Translations under genes and position numbers: made by a program
From: Planctomycetota bacterium
Lineage (GTDB): Bacteria > Planctomycetota > Planctomycetia > Pirellulales > UBA1268
Assembly (NCBI GenBank): GCA_029978905.1
Contig: JAPOIM010000001.1
Span: 95,871-159,870, forward strand
DNA: 64,000 bases
Reading direction: 5' to 3'
Notes under the pieces: model-generated
Databases searched by the model: none
What the model was told of the DNA's origin: nothing
The model's input: only the letters and a program-made list of their open reading frames with translations
Part shown: piece by piece, positions 12,194-20,042 of the stretch
Position numbering within the stretch: position 1 is the first letter of the stretch
Layout: every line of letters starts with the position of its first letter

Positions 12194-13228
12194 ATGATCT
12201 CCTCCAAATCAAAAACCCGTGGCGATTCGCCGGTCATCGACGTCCACAACCTGGTCAAGCACTACCGTGTGGCCGACAAAAAGGAGGGCATTTCCGGGAG
12301 CATCCGCGGGCTTTTCCACCGCTCCAGCCGCACCGTGCAGGCCCTCCGCGGCGTTTCGCTGCAGGTCGAACCGGGGGAGTTTGTGGCCATCCTCGGCCCA
12401 AATGGTGCCGGCAAGACCACCTTCCTCAAGTTGCTTTCCGGGATCATCACACCGACGTCGGGCACGGCCGAAGTACTTGGCCATGTGCCCTGGCAGCGGC
12501 ATGACGACTTCCGTCGCCGGTTTGCCCTGGTGATGGGACAGAAAAACCAACTCTGGTGGGATCTGCCTGCGGCCGAGAGCTTTCGCCTGCACCAGGTGAT
12601 CTACCGCCTCGACCGGGAGCGATTTACTCGCACCCGCGATGAACTGGTCGACCTCCTCGAGGTTGGCCGCCTGATCCACCAGCCCGTCCGCGACCTCTCG
12701 CTTGGCGAACGCATGAAGCTGGAGCTGATCGCCGCCCTCCTGCACGAACCCGAGGTGCTCCTGCTTGATGAGCCCACGATCGGCCTCGACGTGGTCGCCC
12801 AACATGCGATTCACGCCTTCCTGCGACGCGTGCAGACCGAACGCGGCACGACCGTCTTGCTGACCACCCACTACATGAAAGATGTCGCCGCACTTTGCCG
12901 CCGGGTGGTGGTGATCACCCACGGCCGCATCCTCTACGACGGCACCCTCGCCGAAATCATTGATCGCTTCACCACCCACAAGATCGTGACGCTCGACTTT
13001 GAGCAGCCGCCGTCAGACGCAACCGTTGCCAGCTGGGGCTACAGCTGCGAACGAGACGGCCCTCAGGTTCGTCTGCGGATCGATCGGGAACGGATTGCCG
13101 AAACCCTGCCTCGGGTGCTTGCCGGCCACTCTGTCCTCGACGTCACGGTCGAAGACGTACCCCTGGAAGATGTGATCGCCGACCTGTTTCGCGCAGGCCG
13201 TGAGCCAGAAGACGAGCCGCCGACATGA
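12194..13228 (+). CDS. ABC transporter ATP-binding protein (partner of the ABC-2 type permeases)
   Basis: Walker A GPNGAGKTT, signature LSLGERMKL and Walker B LLLDEPTIGLD. A C-terminal extension of about 100 aa follows. Confidence 0.9.
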   Translation: MISSKSKTRGDSPVIDVHNLVKHYRVADKKEGISGSIRGLFHRSSRTVQALRGVSLQVEPGEFVAILGPNGAGKTTFLKLLSGIITPTSGTAEVLGHVPWQRHDDFRRRFALVMGQKNQLWWDLPAAESFRLHQVIYRLDRERFTRTRDELVDLLEVGRLIHQPVRDLSLGERMKLELIAALLHEPEVLLLDEPTIGLDVVAQHAIHAFLRRVQTERGTTVLLTTHYMKDVAALCRRVVVITHGRILYDGTLAEIIDRFTTHKIVTLDFEQPPSDATVASWGYSCERDGPQVRLRIDRERIAETLPRVLAGHSVLDVTVEDVPLEDVIADLFRAGREPEDEPPT

Positions 13229-14097
13229 GCACAGCCCCGACCTTCTCGCGGCACCAATTCCTGCCGAGTTGGCATGGCTGGACGACGATGCTCTCGATCA
13301 GCGTCGCCGATCGCCTCGCGCATCGGGGTGACTTCTTCGTAGGCACGCTGTTTCGCTTCCTGCCGATCGTCACCCAGATCTTTCTGTGGACCGCCGTGTT
13401 TTCTGCCGCAGGCACGAGCACGATCGCCGGCTATTCACGCAACGATTTCGTCGCTTACTACCTGCTGACGATGATGGCTCGCTCCTTTTCGAGCATGCCT
13501 GGCCTCGCCGGCGGCATCGCCCGGAGCGTTCGCGATGGATCGGTAAAGAAATATCTCGTGCAACCGGTCGACTACGTCGGCTTCCTGATGGCAGCCCGGG
13601 TGGCTCACAAGCTGGTCTACTTCGGCATTGCCGCGGCGCCTTTTGCGCTGATGTTCTTTTTGTGCAGGAGTTATTTCCCACCGCTGCCAGACGCCACCAC
13701 GATCATGGCGTTCCTGGCGACGCTGGTGATGTCGTTTTTGCTGGGGTTTTTCCTCGAAGCCACCTTGGGCATGCTCGGCTTTTGGTTTCTTGAGGTGTCG
13801 AGCCTGATCTTCGTGTACATGCTCGCGCAGTACCTTCTTTCAGGCCACATGTTTCCCCTCGACATGCTCAACTCGATCGCCCTTACAGACTCTGGCTACT
13901 CGCTCGGCGATCTCATGCAGCTGCTCCCGTTTCAGTACACAGCCTATTTCCCCTGTGCCGTTTGGCTCGGAAAAATCCAAGGCCCTGACCTTGCCTTCGG
14001 CCTGCTCGTCGAAGCGGTGTGGGTGGTGATCGCCGCCGTCGCCTGTCGCATCGCCTTCCTGCGAGGCACGCGACGCTACAGCGCCTACGGAGGCTAA
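13225..14097 (+). CDS. ABC-2 family transporter permease
   Basis: 290 aa and multi-TM. Its start overlaps the ATPase stop (ATGA at 13225-13228). Confidence 0.8.
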   Translation: MSTAPTFSRHQFLPSWHGWTTMLSISVADRLAHRGDFFVGTLFRFLPIVTQIFLWTAVFSAAGTSTIAGYSRNDFVAYYLLTMMARSFSSMPGLAGGIARSVRDGSVKKYLVQPVDYVGFLMAARVAHKLVYFGIAAAPFALMFFLCRSYFPPLPDATTIMAFLATLVMSFLLGFFLEATLGMLGFWFLEVSSLIFVYMLAQYLLSGHMFPLDMLNSIALTDSGYSLGDLMQLLPFQYTAYFPCAVWLGKIQGPDLAFGLLVEAVWVVIAAVACRIAFLRGTRRYSAYGG

Positions 14098-14105
14098 GCA
14101 GACCG

Positions 14106-14924
14106 ATGATGCGCTACCTCCAAATCTTTGGCACCTTCGTCGCGGCCAGCCTCGTCCGCGACATGACGTTTCGCATCAACTTCATTCTCGAATGCGTCAC
14201 GAGCCTCGGCTGGATGGGGATGAACCTTGCCTTCTACCTTCTCGTGTTCTCCTACACGTCCGAGATCGGGCAGGGGAGTGGCTGGACGAAAGCCCCGTTC
14301 TTTGTCTTCCTTGGAACAGGCCTGATCATCAACGCGATCGTGCAAGCGTTCTTCATGCCCAGCGCGGAAGAGTTTGCGGAGATGGTTCGCACTGGCGGCC
14401 TCGACACGACGCTCGTAAAACCGGTTGATGCCCAGTTCTTGCTCTCGATGCACCGGGTCAAGTTTTCGGCGTTTGCGAACGGCCTGGTGGGCGTGGCCCT
14501 CGTCTGCTGGGGCGCATCGAAGGCCGACCCGGCCCCGTCACTCACCGCCTGGTTGCTCTTCCCGCTCCTGATTGGCTGCGGGGTGGCCATCAGCTACGGG
14601 CTGATCGTGATGCTCGCCGCAGCCACCATCCTCATGGGACGCAACCAGAGCCTCTACGACTTCTGGTTCTACATCACCAACTTCTCTCGCTACCCGGCTG
14701 AGATCTACACCGGCCCCTGGGGAGGTCCGTTGCGGATGATCTGCACGTTCGTGCTCCCGATCCTGCTCGTGGTCAACGTCCCCGCCCACACCCTGGCCCT
14801 CCCGATTCGTGCAGGCGACGTGCGGCTGATCATCGCGGCGATCGTGGCAGCCGTACTGATGCTCGTGCTCTCGCGGCTCACCTTCCAAGCCGCCATCAAC
14901 AAGTACCGCAGCGCCTCCAGCTAA
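14106..14924 (+). CDS. ABC-2 family transporter permease (second subunit)
   Basis: The internal ATG at 14106 gives MMRYLQIFGTFVAASLV. The protein is multi-TM. The listed 5' extension from 14019 overlaps the previous gene and is Arg-rich. Confidence 0.8.
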   Translation: MMRYLQIFGTFVAASLVRDMTFRINFILECVTSLGWMGMNLAFYLLVFSYTSEIGQGSGWTKAPFFVFLGTGLIINAIVQAFFMPSAEEFAEMVRTGGLDTTLVKPVDAQFLLSMHRVKFSAFANGLVGVALVCWGASKADPAPSLTAWLLFPLLIGCGVAISYGLIVMLAAATILMGRNQSLYDFWFYITNFSRYPAEIYTGPWGGPLRMICTFVLPILLVVNVPAHTLALPIRAGDVRLIIAAIVAAVLMLVLSRLTFQAAINKYRSASS

Positions 14925-14970
14925 CCTCGGCGGCCGAAGCCGTTTCAGGTGCCCTCCTCACCGAGCGAGA

Positions 14971-15106
14971 GGGTGAGCCCGGTGCTGACTCGACGGCGTA
15001 GAGACGCGAGCGAAGCCTGGAGGGCGAAAGCGAAGCGGATCTTCGAGTGAGCGAGGGCCCGGAAGGCCCGCAGCGAACGTCCGGCGGGGCAGCACTGGGC
15101 TCACCC
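14971..15106. repeat. Structured intergenic element: 17-nt inverted-repeat arms around a GCGAAG-rich spacer that contains an inner hairpin
   Basis: GGGTGAGCCCGGTGCTG (14971-14987) pairs with CAGCACTGGGCTCACCC (15090-15106). 16 of 17 positions are complementary and the exception is a G-T wobble. The inner hairpin is GGGCC-CGGAA-GGCCC at 15055-15069. Confidence 0.6.
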
Positions 15107-15193
15107 CGAGCGGCCGAGTCACCTCATGTGGCGGAAACGAGTCTGCCTGATATCAGCGACGTGCGGTGGAGGGTATGATTTCTCCTCACAAAG

Positions 15194-16093
15194 ATGCAGT
15201 TTTCCCGGGGGGACTTCGCCTTGAATCGTGACGATTTTGCCAGCAGGCTCGCTTTCAGTTCCAACGCCTACCTCGACGTGCCCGTCGACTCCGCAATCGC
15301 CCAGGTGGCGGCGCTCGGATACGCCGGCATCGAACTGCTCGCAGATGTTCCCCATGCCTGGCCGGCGGGGCTGCTCGACGTGCAGAAGCAGGCGATCCGC
15401 GACTCCATCGCAAAGCATGGGCTGGTGATCTCCAACATCAACGCGTTCATGATGAACGCGGTGGCCGACCCACGACAGCCGTACTGGCACCCCGGCTGGA
15501 CCGACCCCGATCCTCATTACCGGGCCATTCGCCGGGAACACACCAAGCGATCGCTCAGGCTCGCCGCCGACCTGGGCGCCCCCGCGATTTCGACGGAGCC
15601 GGGGGGCGAGATTCAACCCGGCCAGTCGCGGCAAGAGGCAAGCGATATCTTCTACGAGGAGATCATGCCGGTGCTGGACGTCGCCGCGGAAACTGGCGTG
15701 GGCCTGCTGGTGGAGCCGGAGCCCGGGCTGCTGATCGAAACGTTCGAGCAGTTCCTTGAGTTTGCCGAACGGGTCGACCACCCCTCGCTTGGCCTGAACT
15801 TTGACGTCGGCCATGCCTACTGCGTGGGCGACGACCCCGCCGCGTGGGTGCCTCGACTCGTAAAGCACACGCGCCACTACCACGTGGAAGACATTGCTGA
15901 GACCCGCGTGCACCATCATCTGGTGCCCGGCGAAGGCGCGATCGACTTTGCTGGCGTGTTGGCCGCGATTGCCGAGCATACGCCCGACCTGTGGGTCACC
16001 GTCGAGCTCTATCCCTATCGCGATCGTCCGGACGAGGCTGCCCGGGCGGCACGCGAGTACCTGCTAGGTATCGCCGAGAGCGTGGGTTCATGA
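15194..16093 (+). CDS. Sugar phosphate isomerase/epimerase (xylose isomerase-like TIM barrel)
   Basis: 299 aa. Typical AP_endonuc_2/TIM-barrel pattern: GYAGIELL, VEPEPG, NFDVGH, HVHVED-like HYHVED. Confidence 0.8.
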   Translation: MQFSRGDFALNRDDFASRLAFSSNAYLDVPVDSAIAQVAALGYAGIELLADVPHAWPAGLLDVQKQAIRDSIAKHGLVISNINAFMMNAVADPRQPYWHPGWTDPDPHYRAIRREHTKRSLRLAADLGAPAISTEPGGEIQPGQSRQEASDIFYEEIMPVLDVAAETGVGLLVEPEPGLLIETFEQFLEFAERVDHPSLGLNFDVGHAYCVGDDPAAWVPRLVKHTRHYHVEDIAETRVHHHLVPGEGAIDFAGVLAAIAEHTPDLWVTVELYPYRDRPDEAARAAREYLLGIAESVGS

Positions 16094-17046
16094 CCGAGGC
16101 AGCAGGCCGAACGTCACGAGGGGGTGTAGGAGCGTGGTTACGACTCCTGCGACTCCCGAATCACGCCACGGCCGTGGCCGACGTCCTCGCCGGCTGGCTG
16201 ATCATTGCCCGCCCTGAAGTGGTGGCGGCGCCGCCGGCTGCCTTTTGGGCAGTCGCGGCCGCGTCGCTCTTGCTGTACGCCGCGGGGATGGTGCTCAACG
16301 ATGTCTTCGATTTCGAACTCGACAAGACGGAGCGTCCGGAACGGCCATTGCCAAGCGGTCAGATTGCCCCACGGGCAGCTCTGGCCGTGGGCTGGATTCT
16401 GCTGTTGGGTGGGATTGCCTCCGGCGTGACCGCTGCGGTGCTTTCAGGAAACGCCGCAACAGCGATCGTGGCCGTGGCCTTGGCGGCAGCGATCCTCCTC
16501 TACGACGCCCGGGCCAAGTCGACTGCCGCCGGGCCGTGGGTCATGGGCAGCTGCCGGAGCTTGAACTGGCTGCTCGGCGTGACCGCAGCCGGTGGCCCGA
16601 CGGCCAACCCGGAGTGGCTTCCCGCGATCGGCATGGGCATCTACGTCGTGGGAATCACGCTCTTTGCACGCACCGAAGCGACCCGCAGCAGCCGAACGCC
16701 ACTGAGCATCGCCACTGCGGTCATGGCCGCCGGCTTGGCGGTGGCTGCGGGCTACGTCGTCTGGCTCTCAGGGGAAGGCGGGTCTGGCTGGCTTGTCCGC
16801 TCGGGCCTCGACAACTGGCTGCTCCTGTGGGGAGTGCTCTCCGCCTCAGTGGTGTACCGAGCCGTTCGTGGGATCGCGACGCCCGAACCCGCCCTCGTGC
16901 AGCGTGCGGTGGGCAACGCCATCATGACGATCATCACGCTCGACGCGTCGATGGTGCTGGCGGCCTGCGGCGAGCCGTGGGCGATCGTGGCCTTCATGCT
17001 GCTCGGACCGTTCCTCATCGGCCGACAATTCATTCCGCCGACATAG
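16090..17046 (+). CDS. UbiA-family aromatic/polyprenyl prenyltransferase
   Basis: The ATG at 16090 overlaps the upstream stop (ATGA). The protein has LLRLPNHATAVADVLAG and the first Asp-rich motif NDVFDFELDKTERPERPLPSGQI. It is multi-TM throughout. Confidence 0.85.
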   Translation: MTEAAGRTSRGGVGAWLRLLRLPNHATAVADVLAGWLIIARPEVVAAPPAAFWAVAAASLLLYAAGMVLNDVFDFELDKTERPERPLPSGQIAPRAALAVGWILLLGGIASGVTAAVLSGNAATAIVAVALAAAILLYDARAKSTAAGPWVMGSCRSLNWLLGVTAAGGPTANPEWLPAIGMGIYVVGITLFARTEATRSSRTPLSIATAVMAAGLAVAAGYVVWLSGEGGSGWLVRSGLDNWLLLWGVLSASVVYRAVRGIATPEPALVQRAVGNAIMTIITLDASMVLAACGEPWAIVAFMLLGPFLIGRQFIPPT

Positions 17047-17084
17047 CCAACCAACCATCCCTACCGTGGTCTTGGAGAACCTGC

Positions 17085-17948
17085 ATGAAGCCAGGCTGGA
17101 GCACCAACAGCATCGATGGCGATCCCCATGCCGCGTTGCCCTGGCTTGCCGACCTTGGCTTCGCCTCGCTTGCGATCACCCCTGACCACCAGCTGCTCAA
17201 CCCCTTCGCCACCAACTACGCCGAAGAAGTCCTCACCTGGCAACGGTCGCTGGAGTCGCGAGCCTTCGCCTGCGTGGTGGAGACGGGCGCTCGCCATCTC
17301 CTCGACCCCTTCCAGAAGCACGAACCAACGCTGCTGTCGGCCGCCTCGTCCGACCGAGCACGACGGGGCGATTTCTTGCGTCGGGCAATCGACCTCGCCA
17401 TCGCACTTGGCGCCTCGTGCGTGTCGCTGTGGAGTGGCGTCGTCCGGGACGCCGCCGTTGACGCCCAACTCTGGGAACGGCTGTGCGAAAGCCTCAAGCC
17501 CGTGGTCGACTACGCCGAGGAACGCCGCATGCCGCTCGGCTTTGAGCCCGAACCTGGCATGTTTGTCGACACACTCGCTCGCTTTGACGAACTCCGCGAC
17601 CGGCTCGGTTACCCGCCGCATTTCCGGCTGACCATCGACACGGGCCACATGGAATGCATGGGCGAGTGGCCTCTCGCGGCCACGTTGCGAGAACGCGTGG
17701 CGGATCTGGTGAACGTGCACCTCGATGACATGCGTCCCTGCATTCACGAACACCTTCCGCTGGGCGGGGGCATCCTCGACTTCCCGCCACTGTTTGCAGC
17801 CCTGCGAGAAGGGAACTACACCGGCGGCATCCATACCGAACTCCCGCGTCAGGCCCACCGCTGGGTCACCGAAGCGTCCCAGACGGCGGCCTTTCTCCGC
17901 AGGCTCGGCGTGTCGAGCGTGGCAGCCCCACGCCAGCCGACGCTCTGA
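17085..17948 (+). CDS. Sugar phosphate isomerase/epimerase (xylose isomerase-like TIM barrel), second copy
   Basis: The internal ATG at 17085 gives MKPGWSTNSIDGD. Motifs GFEPEPG, TIDTGH and HLDD are present. The listed 5' part (16245-17084) is an off-frame overlap of the UbiA gene. Confidence 0.75.
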   Translation: MKPGWSTNSIDGDPHAALPWLADLGFASLAITPDHQLLNPFATNYAEEVLTWQRSLESRAFACVVETGARHLLDPFQKHEPTLLSAASSDRARRGDFLRRAIDLAIALGASCVSLWSGVVRDAAVDAQLWERLCESLKPVVDYAEERRMPLGFEPEPGMFVDTLARFDELRDRLGYPPHFRLTIDTGHMECMGEWPLAATLRERVADLVNVHLDDMRPCIHEHLPLGGGILDFPPLFAALREGNYTGGIHTELPRQAHRWVTEASQTAAFLRRLGVSSVAAPRQPTL

Positions 17949-17954
17949 AGCGAT

Positions 17955-18323
17955 CTACCGCTCGATCCACTCCACGGGCTCTGGCTGCATCTGATCGGCC
18001 GGCCGACCACCGGCGTCCTGACGACCAGACCCTTCCAGTCGGCTCGTCGCCCGCACGCTCATGTCGGCATCACAGACGACCTGACACGACAGCCGAACGC
18101 CGGGCTGGCCGGCGAGGCCCTTGGCCGCCAGCACATCCTGCTCAGCCTTGGTGATCTTCGAGGGCTCTCCATCGAGAAACTCCACGCGGCAGGTGGTGCA
18201 GCGAGCATGCCCGCCACACGCGTGCAGCTGATCGATCCCGCACTCGTCCACGAGCGCATTCACGAGGCGCTTGCCAGCCGGCACGTCAAACTGACCCACT
18301 CCCTCGACGGTGAGTTTTGGCAT
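17955..18323 (-). CDS. 2Fe-2S ferredoxin
   Basis: 122 aa. Cysteine pattern CGGHARCTTC...C (C-x5-C-x2-C plus a distal Cys in RLSCQV). It lies 35 bp downstream of the DUF1080-ThuA gene on the same strand. Confidence 0.85.
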   Translation of the reverse strand: MPKLTVEGVGQFDVPAGKRLVNALVDECGIDQLHACGGHARCTTCRVEFLDGEPSKITKAEQDVLAAKGLAGQPGVRLSCQVVCDADMSVRATSRLEGSGRQDAGGRPADQMQPEPVEWIER

Positions 18324-18357
18324 CTGTCTTTCTCCTGTGGTGTGAAATCGTTGCAGC

Positions 18358-19902
18358 CTATTTGGGATCGAGGTTGGCAGCTAATGCTTCAGCCGACACC
18401 TCAGAGAGGATGCCGTCCTGAGGAATCTCAAGACCGGCGGTCCACGCCACCGCGTTCAGCATCAGTTTGCGAAACTCCGCGTCCCCAAAGTTGCGATGAA
18501 AGTGCGCGCCCGTGCAGCCGAAGCCCCGGCCGCCGTCTGGCCTCTCGTAGGCCCAGGCGAGCACTTCGCGAGCGCCCTTGCTGGCTCGCACCGTCGGGTT
18601 GTTGCTGTGCGGACCGTCTGGCCTCTCACGCGTGGCGTCTGGCGGGACGGCCGAGAGGATCGGCACGACCCGCTCGTCGCCGTCACGAAAACGCATGTGG
18701 TAGTACCACTCATCCTGGATCTCAAAAGGCTGTACGCCGCGGGTGATGGGATGTGCTTCGGCCAGCTGCGTTTCGGCAAGCATCCAGTGCGGGTTGACCG
18801 ACCAGTGGGTTTCAAAGAAGCCACCGATCATGTCGAGAAACTCCGCGCCCCCTTTTTCGGGCGGAACCTCCACAGCGTAGTGCAGGCAGGCGATCCCCAC
18901 GCCCCGCTTGGCTAAGGCTGCGATCTCCATGAGACGGTTCCGCTGAATCACGGGATGTCCACCACCGCCGTCAGCGAAGAAGTGGATCGCATCCGCGTTG
19001 TCGAAGGCCGTTGGGTCGGTCGGCCAGCCGTTGGTGTACACCGCCGTCACAGCCTCGGGGCAGTTCGCCTCCAGGCAGTCGGCCATCAGCATCGAACCCG
19101 CGCGAAACTCATGCTCGCCGGGGCCGTGGCTCTGCCGCCCAGCCACAAACACCACTTTTTTCCGACCGTCCGCAAGCTTCAGACGCTTCAGACGGATGTT
19201 CTTGAACTCAACCTTCATTGGCGGGCCCGCGTGCAGCTGCAACGCAAGGATGCCCTTCTCGGCACGCTTCTCCACCTCGTGGTCGATCACCTCACTCATC
19301 AACTGACCGTTGATGTAGTGCCGCAGCCGAGGGCCCTCCGCCACAATGCGGTAGTCGTTCCAGTCGCCCTGGTTGATCTTCGCCTGCAGGGCGTCGCTCT
19401 CGCCAATCACCTCCCCTTCGGTTTTCATCCCGTCGGGACCGATCTCCATCCGCTTTCCACGGGTCACGAGGATGCCGCGTCCGCGTTCCTCGTAGTTGAT
19501 GCCCGAATAGGTGGTCCCAGAATCGATGTCGGCCTGGTAGCCGCCGGCAACAAAGTCGCCAAAGTCGCGACTGCGATACTGAATACCGCTGTTGCCCCCC
19601 GTGATCCGGTAGGAGAGGCGGAGTTCAAAGTCGTCGAGTTCGCCCTGCCGCCAGAAGATGAAAGTGTTGCCCTTGGTCGGATTCTCGGGGGTGGTCTGCC
19701 CCACGATGGCGTTGTCGGCCACCGACCAAAACTCACTCTTCCCCTCCCAGCCGTCGAGCGTGCCATCGAAGATCGACACGAAGCCCTGCTCGTCAGCCGC
19801 AGGGGCGTCTTCGGATGCGGGCTCCGCTGCCGTGCCCAGCACGCCAACTCCCAACACCCATCCAGCCAGGAACACCACCGACAACCGCCAAAACGCTGCC
19901 AT
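18358..19902 (-). CDS. Secreted fusion protein: DUF1080 (3-keto-disaccharide hydrolase-like) domain plus ThuA-like domain
   Basis: The internal ATG at 19902 gives the signal peptide MAAFWRLSVVFLAGWVLGVGVLGTAAEP. The DUF1080 pattern runs from FVSIFDGTLDGWEG to LQLHAGPPMKVEFKNIRLKRL. A ThuA-like region follows (VVFVAG...GIACLHYA...THWSVNPHW). Confidence 0.75.
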   Translation of the reverse strand: MAAFWRLSVVFLAGWVLGVGVLGTAAEPASEDAPAADEQGFVSIFDGTLDGWEGKSEFWSVADNAIVGQTTPENPTKGNTFIFWRQGELDDFELRLSYRITGGNSGIQYRSRDFGDFVAGGYQADIDSGTTYSGINYEERGRGILVTRGKRMEIGPDGMKTEGEVIGESDALQAKINQGDWNDYRIVAEGPRLRHYINGQLMSEVIDHEVEKRAEKGILALQLHAGPPMKVEFKNIRLKRLKLADGRKKVVFVAGRQSHGPGEHEFRAGSMLMADCLEANCPEAVTAVYTNGWPTDPTAFDNADAIHFFADGGGGHPVIQRNRLMEIAALAKRGVGIACLHYAVEVPPEKGGAEFLDMIGGFFETHWSVNPHWMLAETQLAEAHPITRGVQPFEIQDEWYYHMRFRDGDERVVPILSAVPPDATRERPDGPHSNNPTVRASKGAREVLAWAYERPDGGRGFGCTGAHFHRNFGDAEFRKLMLNAVAWTAGLEIPQDGILSEVSAEALAANLDPK

Positions 19903-20042
19903 CTCTCTCACTCCCAGGGGAGGCCGGGAGCATGAACCACCGAGACGGTGACCACCCCCGACCAGATACCTACCTGGGCGGATTGTGGCCGGCTGCCGCA
20001 CCCCGTGCAAGCAAAGCAGGATCCGGCGAGGCAGATCGACTG

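Noticed and set aside
16245-17084. The 5' part of the listed 567-aa ORF 16245..17948. Other listed 5' extensions are 38730..39473, 48802..49341, 33933..34322, 30220..30471 and 53151..53243.
   Set aside because: These upstream parts overlap the preceding gene or the tRNA in another frame and are Arg-rich. In each case an internal ATG gives a typical family N-terminus or a signal peptide.
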